A DNA stretch of 64,000 nucleotides. Origin: Asterias rubens. Taxonomy: Eukaryota. A program made the position numbers and the translations under genes. The stretch is taken from assembly GCF_902459465.1 (NCBI RefSeq), contig NC_047076.1, positions 1,488,001-1,552,000 of the forward strand, in the 5' to 3' direction. Shown here one piece after another: positions 49,398 through 61,300 of the stretch. The notes under the pieces are model-generated. The model did not search any database and had not been told where the DNA came from. It worked only from the letters and a program-made list of their open reading frames with translations. The first letter of the stretch is position 1. Every line of letters starts with the position of its first letter.

Positions 49398-52300
49398 ACC
49401 AAATCAAATCAAAGAGATCAAAGCGACGTTGCAGCGCGGTTTGGAGAATTTAGCTCTAACGGGTAACTTCAAGCAATTGCCGTTACGGGAGCAGAAGAGT
49501 CGTCCTCTGCTTCGTACCAAACTAGGAGAAGGTCCTCAGGTGTGGAACGATCTGGACAACAACAATATGATCAGTTTTGGTGGTGTCGATCAAAACGGTT
49601 ACAGTAGAACTAGTGACGAATTCAATAAGATACGCAACGACTTCAATAATGTTCACATCAGATCACCGCAGCGAACAAAAACCAGTGACAGTGCGGTGGT
49701 ACGGGCAAAAAGTGAATTGGGGGCAAGAGGTGCAAGTGTCAGTACCAAGGAACATTTAAACTCATTAAGAACTAAACCTCCTATTCCGAATCGATCCCTT
49801 ATACGACCAATCAGCGGTAGAAAGCCTTTAAATGAACCCAGGAGTCGGCAGCCGGTTTCTGGAAATCGCAAACAATCCAAAACAAACTTAAAACCCAAAC
49901 CCCCAGAGGTTCCATTGAAAGGTTCAACGAAGCCTCCACAACGACAGGGAAGTAGAGACTCATCCAGTGAGGAAGGAAGTGCAAAGAGGTTAGGTGCAGA
50001 TGGGAGTTCAAGGGTCAGACGGAGGTCAAGGGTGTCGTCGTCAGAAGGGGGAGAAGAATGGAGTGATGTTGAAGATGAAGATGAGGATGAAGATCCTTTG
50101 GGAAGGTAAGATAGTTATTGCAGTTCTTAGACATCTTTTCACCTTTTGAACTTATCCTGTTAAAAGCATTTTTGTTAGGACCTTGCTTTCGTTTTTGTTG
50201 GTCTTCGATGTTTTTTTGCTGTTAAAAAACCTTGTCAAGCAGGGCAATTTTGCAGGCATATTGGAGGCCAACTGCACTTCACACACAGAAGGAACACTAA
50301 GCCAGCACAAGAGACATTCTTCTGTAATGCACTACATGTATGACTATGAGAAGGAAATGGTATGAATTTTCTTATTGGAGATTGCGTGGAAGGAGTTGCC
50401 GTTAACCAGTTGCCTGTAAATTGGTCTTGTCTGACATGGGCTGTAAAGGTTGCGGGAACAATTTTGGTTAGAATACTGACATCAAAGGTATCAGTGATTT
50501 TCATATTAAAATTCATTGAAAGAAATGCATGACAGGCTGCACCATAACTTGATGTAGTTTGAAATATATATTTTGTTAAAACGCAACATATTTTTTTTAT
50601 TTTAAGAAGTTACATTATAGAACGTGTTTTTGTCTGTGATAATTTATTACAAGGTGAAAGCTCACACTCATACTTTGTAGTCAATCTAGCTTTGTATAGT
50701 GTATGTACATAAAATGAACTCAATATAAAGTACACTGTCCCGAGGTGCAAAAGCTGTCACATCACTACTGTCCAGTTAAAATTCACTTTCCCTCAAGTAG
50801 AGTAGGACGCGTCCTCCTTTATATCTCTTTACACTCACAACACTTCAGCTTTGATTAATTATTTGATGTCGATCGCATTGCTCCAGTTCCACGCTGCGCT
50901 AGTTTTTCAATTACACGTAGATGTAAATATTTGAAACCGGTCAAACGGAATGATGGGGGGATACATAGAAGAAGAGAGCAAATCCGACAGAAGTTGACTG
51001 AGTCAACAACTCCAGACTAGCAGCTGGTGTTTTTAAGTGTTGTACTTCTCAACCTTTTAATCAATATTTTAATTGAAATTAGTATTTTATGATTGGCTCC
51101 AAGTTGTCTGACCACCATTTAAAACGTTAAATTCCTTTTTGATTATTTATTTTATGATTCAACTGGTCTCCTATTGGTCCCAGCCGATACATTTTGATAA
51201 TTTGATTTTTTTCAAAATCCAGACTTAAAGGGAAGGTACACGTTTGGTAATTACTCAAAACAAATATTAACTTAAAAACTGACTTGGTAACGAGCATTGG
51301 AGAGCTGTTGATAGTATAAAACATTGTGGGAAACGACTCCCTCTGAAGTAACATAGATTTTGAGAAAGAGGTAATTTTTCACTAAAATAATAAAAGACTT
51401 CTAGCTAGAAGTCTTTTATTTCTATCTGAAAACACACAAATTCGTCCAACAAGGGTGTTTTTTCCCCTCATCATTTTCTCGCAATTTCGATGACCAATTT
51501 AGCTCAAATGTTCACAGGCTTGTTATTTTATGCTTATGAATGTTGGGATACATCAAGTGAGAAGACTGGTCTTTGACAATTACCAAACGTGTACCTTCCC
51601 TTTAAAATTCTAGACATTAATATAAATGTTATCAATTATGGGTTGAACCAAACAAAATTGACTAGAGCAAGACTTGAGCCTGGGACCTTCTGATTAAAAC
51701 AAGAAAAGGAGGCAAGTTCAAGTCCTACTCTAGTCATTCTTTTTGCTGTTCAACCCTAATTTATGTAGAAAAACTTACTCCTTCAGTTTCCCCTGTTTAC
51801 TAATAATAACAGTAATAATAAACGGCTTTTATATACATGTAGCGCCCTTAACCCCAAAGGGTCCCGAGGCGCTTCACAGAGGTTAAAAATATTAAGCAGA
51901 TACAGACCAATTTAAGGAAAAACCAATTAAAGAAAAAAACTGATTAAAAATGCTCAAGAAAGTTACAAACGACCAAAGACAGTTATTAAAAAGTTAGGCA
52001 AGTAAGAACAATGCTCGATGATTTAAGATAAACAGATTAAAAATGCTTAAGAAAATTAGTACTTGACATCTTATAACAAACTATTGTGAGAGCAATTGAA
52101 ATTATTTTAAACAAAATTGCTTGAATAAATATTCATAAGGCTTGTTTTTTCCTCCATAACTAAGTGTCTATTGATTTGTACTTAAATGTACATGTAGATC
52201 CTAGACACACACATGTTTACATATATTGTAATCAAATTTAGTTTTCACAGTATTTATATGGACACAGTAGATAGCAGATGACTACCATGTGCCATTTTAT

Positions 52301-55300
52301 TTACAAAAGAGTGACCTCGTTCATGCTAGGCATTTCTGGCAGTCAAGTACTGCTCTTGTCATACATGTAGATGGAAAAGTTTGCATTTTGTGTAATTTCC
52401 ACACAAAATTCAAGAGTTTAAAAGTAACAATTGAACTAGTTTTCATGTAGCGCCTATCTTCATACAAACAAATTCAGACGATAAGTATGCAGTTTGCATT
52501 AAAAAAAAAGATTTTAAAAAGTTTCTTATTCTACCTCCATGATTAAACTGAGTTACAAATCGTGCCTGCAGAAAGTTTTGGGCTCTATTTCACAAAGCAT
52601 TAGACTCATTAATTGTTAAAAAGGTGAGTTATCAGTATTACCATAGTGATTTGTATTGTGACATCACACTTTACTTAGCAACTACAATTGATTAACAGTC
52701 AAGATCGATCTTAACTCTTGGTGAAATTGGCCGCAGGCTCTGTGGCTCCATAGTCCATACTAAACATTGTAATGCCACAGGTTTCATGGTCTATGATACA
52801 TTTAGATTAAAAATACAGTAAATTCATAATGCTCTTTTATATTCCCCTTTGAGCGAAAAATTCATCTCAATTTTGTATGAATACTTCGGTGCTTATCTGT
52901 AGACATAGTAGGTGTCTGATTTGTTCAGTTTGATATCAAATATCTACAGTACTGCATCCCTACTGTATTATTGATACACAGAGAGGCGTTGGGAGTTACT
53001 TTCAGTAATATTCCAAGACCTTTGGCAAGTCACTGGAGTGGAAGTAACATATGGTTAATGAATACCAGAGAGAGGAGAGGGGGAGTTAGGGAGATGTGCA
53101 GTGTCAACATTACACTACAGGTGATATACAGCTGCCTGCCTCAATCCTCTTCCTCACCAAGCCTTGGGACCTTTCTCCCTATACTGTGCTATATTTGAGA
53201 ATCCTCATTTTAAATCTTGATACCCTTCCTGGTTGATACACAAAAAGCCCCATAGGTATTCAAGGACACATCTGGGCAAATTTTAAGAAACTGTCCATTC
53301 TGAGATGAAGCTCTGATGTGCAGACGCTTAAGAAGGAAGAAAATGCGTAAAACTTACATACTGCAAGATGGGAACAGTATGTCTGGGACTGCCAGACATT
53401 ACAAGGCCTACCTTTATTGGAAATTTCACATACTTTGAACACCCAACCGCTATCTAAAAAGTGTTGGGAAGAATTTTGAAAAACTCTCTTCAAATGTTTG
53501 TATTTTTAAAGTGGCTGTTGATTAGGAAAAAATTGGTTGTGTCGATACTTTGAAAACTAACAGAAATTATATAATGATCAAAGACTTTCAAAATGTGGCT
53601 TCAAAACACACACAGATTCCGCTTTAGCTGAACACTTTAACTCATTACCTTGGCTTGGACATGGAGCATTTATAAGCGCTTTCACACAGAATTCCCAAAA
53701 CGCTTCTATAGAACGCTCTTAAACAAACAGATAAGTTTAAACATGCTGTGCACGTTCACAAAATGTACAATGTAGTGATGTACCATTAATTTGATCATTG
53801 CTGATCATCACACTGTTATTGAACCATTAATGATAATATTTGCCATGCGATGCATTTGTTTAAATACCAAACCACACCTGTATTTGTGTGGAATATTTAC
53901 ACCATGGAAACCTAATTAATTATTGATTTCCCATTCACAAAGGCTTGTTTACTAGTTAGATAAATTATTGATTTATTGATTTTTTGTATCACTCTACTGT
54001 CTCTATCAAAAATATATATTTATTATATTTTATAAATGTGGAAATATTATCAGCTTTTCTAAATTGTTGACTGAAATGGTCTTATAAACATAATGGTAGC
54101 CAGAGGGGTGTCTGTGTGTCTTTTGGACACCCTGTTTTAAATTTAGACGCCCTGTTTTATCGGTCATTTAAATGTTATTGTTAAAGGTATTGTAAACTTG
54201 TGAAGAATTTTGAAACCCAGTTTTTAAGTTTCCCGAAAATTTGGACACCCTTTTTACGAACTCCTTCCTATGCTCAAACCTTGCTTATAAATAAAGTATG
54301 AAAGTGTGTCAATATCTTTTATGCCGTAAACATTCTAAAGTGTTCTATTTTGTTCTTATTCTGGTTGTGCTTTAATAGTGGGGTTCCTACATTGTATTGT
54401 ATATGTAGTACATCTATGGTGCTGGGAGGGGCAGACCAGAGCAAGGCAGACCACCTCCATGGTCAGACTGTAATTTGGTTAAAGAATTTTGTAGCCCTTG
54501 GGTACAGCTAGTTTGAGTGGTAATCCACACTGTTTGTGTGGGCAGATATTCAACCAAACTGTCCCTATTTTGCATTCCTTTAGAATGTAAGTACTTTGTT
54601 TAAAGTAGGCAGGTACTGACCTAGTGGCTTCATTGTCCTGATGTTTGACAAACTTACTGCCTAGGATCTGGTTTAGAGTAGGACCATGGAGGACTGGTTG
54701 GATTAACTTAAGTAGTACAAGTACCCATAGGGAATTGATCCAATTCAAGCTTACAAGAACATTGTCCCTACTGCAGACCGTGACTCGATTTCACAAAGAT
54801 CTAAGATTGATCGTCATAATAAAGGTGTATCACTTTTAAAACTCTCCCTGATTCTGAAGAAATATCTCCGAAAATAAACCAATCTTTCCATGTTCTGATA
54901 AACGAATTTGAAAATGTCCTTAATGATGGACCTTTTTCAGATTTTCATGATTTTTAGATGCCTCATACACATCAGACAAGTTCATGATTTTTAGATGCCT
55001 CATACACATCAGACAAGTTCATGATTTTTAGATGCCTCATACACATCAGACAAGTTCATGATTTTTAGATGCCTCATACACATCAGACAAGTTCATGATT
55101 TTTAGATGCCTCATACACATCAGACAAGTTCATGATTTTTAGATGCCTCATACACATCAGACAAGTTCATGATTTTTAGATGCCTCATACACATCAGACA
55201 AGTTCATGATTTTAAGATGCCTCATACACATCAGACAAGTTCATGATTTTTAGATGCCTCATACACATCAGACAAGTTCATGATTTTAAGATGCCTCATA

Positions 55301-58300
55301 TACATCAGACAAGTTCATGATTTTTAGATGCCTCATACACATCAGACAAGTTCATGATTTTAGATGCCTCATACACATCAGACAAGTTCATGATTTTTAG
55401 ATGCCTCATACACAGACAAGTTTGAGGAGGAGATTTACAAGTGATGACAATTTTGCCATTGCCAAATATATAAATTTGAAACTTATTCATTGGTTTATTA
55501 TTTGTTTTACCCTAACACTGCATGTGTATGAGGCACTGTATACTCGGTACTTTCCCACTTTCTGCGACAACCCCCCCCCCCCCCCAAAAAAAAAAGCAAA
55601 ATTATTTCTCTGGTGGGATACGAACCCACGACCTTTGCATTGCCAGAACTTACCAATGAGCTACATGTAGTCATCTATGTTAGCAGCATTGTTAATCTGA
55701 AATGTTCGTCTTGTTACAGTGAGCGGATGCCAGGAGACGGAGCATCGTTTGATGATTTTGAAGAGGACGATGGAATGGATGGTCTTGAAGATGGGGAACA
55801 AACTATTGATGATGGTAAACTTCTTTTAAAAAATCAAATATTTTCATTCATGCATCAAAACTATGAGGAAGATTCATTTGCTTAGAAAGAGTGTCATCAT
55901 TTGGTTTTCGTCAACGTCATGCTTATTTAAAGTCAATATTACAAAGGAAGGTACAATAAAAGTCAAAAGTTTCTCAGATTACAATTTTGGGGCATAAACA
56001 CTGACATCTTTTTACATACCCACTCTTCTTTGAAGTGAAATGTTTCAAAAAATGCTTTATATATTAGAAAGCTGCTAAAGGCTTCTAATCAAAGGTTTTT
56101 CTTGCCATTAGTTTAAGAGTGATTACCAAACGTATGCCTTTCCTGTTAAAAAGCTGAGGTGAAATATTAAATTTTTCTTCCCCAGATGAATCCGATAGTT
56201 TCTCCATCGCCAGCACTGATTCCCGTTACCAGATAACTAGTCTCCCCTCATCCTCATCAGTCACTAGTAAGACGCAGCGTGATGGAGACAGGGTTAGTCT
56301 CTCCTCAAGGCCTGGTTCTCGTATGTTCCAATACCTGACCACAGGCGCTGACGATGCTCTACCTGCCCTCAGTACAAGTTTATTTAGTAATGTGCCACCA
56401 ACGATCAACTTTGTGGGTGTTGACGAGAAAGGTAAGGACTGTTGGCTAGTCTAAGGGTTGACAATAAGAAATCTAGGGTGCGTTTCCGCGGCTGTAACCA
56501 ATAACTGTTTCTCTCAATGACCAGTGATCAAACAATGGCAAGTTAAAATGAAACAGTTATTTTATTACGACTGCAAAAACGCTCCCCTAGACAAGGATAA
56601 GTTTTCAACTGAACCCAAATAAGTCTTGAAGTAAATTTTCAAGATGTTTTTCTCACACAGCTATACATCCATGTAGAACTTTCTAAAGAGTTAATCTTTG
56701 TGAAGCTAGGCTTGATCCGTTTGTTGGATTTATGCCTGAAGGCATTCATCTAGGGTAGGGACACAATTTAACCACTCAAAGTCAATAAAGATGTTAAGAA
56801 GGGATCCTATTGGGATTAAAGATTGCCAAATGTAAATTTTTAATCAAAAGGTTTTAGGGAATTTAAAGTTATCTGTTAATCCTTCTACAGTGTACCTGTC
56901 ACGGTTTTGTACAGGCTGAACAGAGTTGATACTTTGTGTGTGTTTTTGCTCAGTTCTATGCATGATGCTCTTTCTGCCTTATTCTGATAATTTCCGACTT
57001 CTATCCCTTCAGAAAATCATTCAGATTATTATTATTTTTAATAAGCCTAGACAAAAACCCATCAAAACCTACCATACTGAAGAAGAGTCCTTGTTCTCAA
57101 TTAAAAAAAAAATCAGTGGTCGTTTGTTATCTGATTGAAAAGTGTCAAAAATAAATTATTATGTGTAATGCCAAGTATGAATAAATTATGCTTTTTAATA
57201 TAAAAGTTAAAGCACCAAATAGAGCCCCAATATCATTACTATGATTTCTCTTACTTAGCAAATAACCTTCAAAATTAGAATATGTGCCCTGGTTGTTTCC
57301 AGGGCTTCTTTGTGTTTACCATGTGCTTGACTTGATCACATGATTATTGTACACACTGTAAATAGTGTAGCCTGTCCACACACTACACATCGATCATGTT
57401 GATTGATAACGTTGTAGATTAACGTGTCAGTTGTGAGGACACATTGTTTCTTCAGACTTTAGGTCAGTTTGGTTGCCATGGTTGCATGTTATTTTGGTCT
57501 AAAAAAGAGAATGGATTTTCTTTTTTAAGATCGCTTTTCAATTCTGTGGCAAGGTTATCTGATAGTGTTCGGTCGTTTGATTTGATAACCGTTAAATATT
57601 TCTAGGACATTTATTTTGATTTTCAGTTATTGAGATTTTTTCTAGATATTTGTAAAATATTTAAATGTGCGAATGATGGAGAAGTATTGAGGAGTTTATG
57701 AAGACATATCAGGGTTTTGGGAGGGTTAAATTCACAACATAAAAATGTATAAAAACACCCAATAATCTGCTTAATATTTGATCACTGTCAGTTTTAAAAA
57801 GGGTAAAGTTGAAAATCTGAAAAATGTTGTTTCCCTCGGACAGTTTCTTCAGTTCAATTCAAAACCTTTAGAAAGAACTTAATATAGGTCCTACAAATGT
57901 AGCAAAAACCAACAGCATTTTGTATGTAAAATCTTAAAAAGTAAGGGTTTGAACAAAGACAAATTGACTGGAGTGGGACTTGAACCAATGACCTCTGGAT
58001 TAACTTACCGGCGCTCTACCATCTGAGCTTGGCAGCCCTATGTTTTGGTGGTCTAGTTCAAACCCAAAACATTCAACAGATTTACCCAATCAGTTTCCCT
58101 TGTGGTTTAATACTTGACATTTGATCTTAAAAAGTAAGTTGTGAAAGGGTTTTGACAAGGATTCCTTTGTTTCCATTTTTCTGTCTAGCCGTCCAGTTTC
58201 CATGGGAAATTCGTAAGCTACTGAAGTGGAGAATGAGTCCAATCACACCAAATGTGATAAAGAATTGCATTGCTAGGTCAGGATTCAGAGCAACTCGAAG

Positions 58301-61300
58301 TAAGTAGCAGGGATGTGATTTCTTTGTTTTTAACCGGAAATCCCCTTTTTTTTTTTCGCCACCCCCAAAACAATTCCTTAAAAACACGAGATAAAACCAT
58401 ATAGAATGCCCCTGACTGCAGGGCAGGCTTCGTCCTCCGATGTTACGTCTTAGTGATACAAATTTATGAGAAATGTTACATTTTGTTATCGGAATTACCG
58501 CCTAAAATCAAGAATGAAATGAAAACAAGTGCTTAGATATGTTCCATTTCTTTAAAGCCATTATACACTTTCGGAACAGAAAAAAAAAAAAGTTCACAGA
58601 TTTACAAATAACTTACAGGGTTTACAGAAGGTAATGGTGAAAGACTTCCCTTGAAATAATATTCCATGAAATGCTTGACTTTTTGAGAAAACATTAAAAC
58701 AGTTATCAATTCTCGATATCGAGAATTATGGATTTGTTGTAAACACATGTCATGAAACGTGCGGAAACAAGGGTGGGTTTTCCCGTTATTTTCTCCCGAC
58801 TCCGATAACCGATTGAGCCCAAATTTTCACAGGGTTGTTATTTTATGCATATGTTGAGATACACCAAGTGAGAAGACTGGTCTTTGACAATTACCAATAG
58901 TGTCCAGCAGTGTCTTTAAATAGATGTATGATAAGCACTGTATACTGAGTGCTTTTCTAGTCAGGAAACTAATTCCCTCTCAAACCAATGGCCTTCTAGA
59001 TCTTAGGCTAGATGCCTTAAGTGCAAGGACTCAGAGTGCATGATATTCTTTCTACTCTGGGCTGATTTTTGATTTTGTTATTTGGCCTTGGAAAAATCAG
59101 ACAAATTGTAATTCAATAGCCTGGACAACGCCTGCACCATGTGTACATGTAGGCCAGCCCTTGCACTCCAAGAAATATTCCTACTTTTTTTAAAGACCAA
59201 ATATCATGGCTAGTAACCTAGTTCTTATTATATGTCGGCGTATGGCAATTCTTTGTCCCTGATTCATTTATTGAATTTGTTTAATTGAATCTTTGTTTCT
59301 GTTCACAGAAGCCAACGAATGGATGGGCTATTGGGGAAAGCATATGAAGGCAGCTGCATTCAAAGTTGTCAAAGACTACCAGAAGGTGAGCTTGATGTAA
59401 TTGTTATCTAGAGAAAAGCCTTGTATATATGCAGGGATGATATTTTTCAGGCTTTCATCTTAATTCAGATTGTCTAACAATTGTCTGCTAAACAGAAATG
59501 AGCAGGTTTCCAGTCACAAATTGTACCTGTGATATGGTATTTGAGCTGGTAACCTTATAATGGTAAGCATACTTTTGCTAATGCTTAGCTACTTTGTGTG
59601 CCTAAGGGGCTCTATGAATTTGGGCCCCAATAAATAATTTTTTTTTTCTCAAACCAATTTGTCATGATTACACAGGTGTGTGTAGGAGGGGGAGGGGGTA
59701 GTTTGTATACAAAAATCCATTTGTCAAATAACCATGTAGGAAGTTAAAAAGAGACTGTTGGTTTGGAAAGAATCAAAATGGTGTCATCAACTGATTTAAA
59801 CCTCCATAATTTGTTTAGATTTACAGATACTTTTATGTTGTTAGTAAGATCATAAATATAAAACAAAACAAAGAGATATGAATTTTTTGTTTGCGTTATT
59901 ATTGATGATAACAATGGCCAAGTGGGATTACTTTGGTTACTATCACAACGTGTTGTGAACATGACTGGATTTGATGATGCAATGTTGGCATTGGTATCAT
60001 ACTTCAAAAAAAGCAGTTCTACAAAACCTTGCAGGAAAATACTGAATGTTGATGTGCCTCGAGCGTCACTGAATGACAGATATGAGCACTATTATATAAA
60101 AAAATCCACTATTAATGTTTTTCAAAACCAAATTGAAATGATTTCTGATGTGTCTATAGGTGAACCATCTCCCAGGCTCCTTCCAGATTGGTCGTAAGGA
60201 TCGTCTATGGCGTAACCTCTACAAGATGCAGGTCCACTTCGGCAAACGAGACTTCAACTTCTTCCCTCAGACCTACGTCTTGCCCTTTGACCTCAAGCTG
60301 TTGAAACGAGCTTGGGAAGATGGAGGGACCAAACAGAAGTGGATCCTCAAGCCAGTAAGTTATTGGTTGAATAGTTTTAAGGTATTGTTTTTACATACAT
60401 TTGGAGCCTGCTGCATCTTGCTGGTTAATAGCAGGTCTCGAATTTGAGGGGGAAAACCACAAGACTGCTGCAGCTGATTTCACAAAATGCTAGGATTAAT
60501 CATATCTCGTGTTAGTTCGAGTAACCCGTCGTAACTTAGGATGGGTACAATGCATTCTAACATCTTCAGATATGGAACTTAATTTGCACTAAGTCCTAAT
60601 AATCCTAAGTTAGGAAGAGTTTAGTGAAATCGACGGCAGGACTTGTAACTCGGAATATTTACCAGACAGGGATTTTTTTAAAAGACCAGAATAAAAAAAT
60701 TAAGAGACCAGAATCAAATTGAGAACATGGTTTTATCATCGGTTTCATTTGAACAAACACTAAGAGAAGGTTGATCTTTTTTGGTTTATGGGTGATACTC
60801 AACTGGATAGAAAGATATTGGTGAGACTCAAACTCTACATTTGTACATCATTCTTTCGAGACAAAGATGTTGAATGTAAACAAAAAAACAAGACCACTGG
60901 TCTTGTCCTGTCTTGAGCTTACCGGCCTGACACAATTTGGTCTTTGGCCGCGACAGAATGTTCCTAATAATCTTGATAACAATTGATTGTCTTTTTTTCG
61001 TTTGTAGCCTGCCTCAGCCAGAGGAATCGGTATCCGTGTAATCCACAAGTGGAACCAGATCCCAAGACGGAAGCCAGTCATCGTCCAACGCTACCTAGCC
61101 AAACCCTTCCTGATCAACGGCAGCAAGTTTGATCTACGCATTTACGTCTACGTCAAATCCTACGATCCACTTAGAATATACATCTTCCAAGATGGACTGG
61201 CAAGATTTGCCACCATGAAGTAAGTTATTGAGACATGGCTTTAAGAAGGTTCTTAAAAAAGCAGAGCTTCCTCAAAAATTGTGTCTACTATTTCCACCGT

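Noticed and set aside
50106-55719. Additional TTLL4 exons in the 5.6-kb intron
   Set aside because: The flanking exons join in phase, and I found no ORF with credible splice sites and coding-like composition. A small alternative exon cannot be excluded without RNA data.
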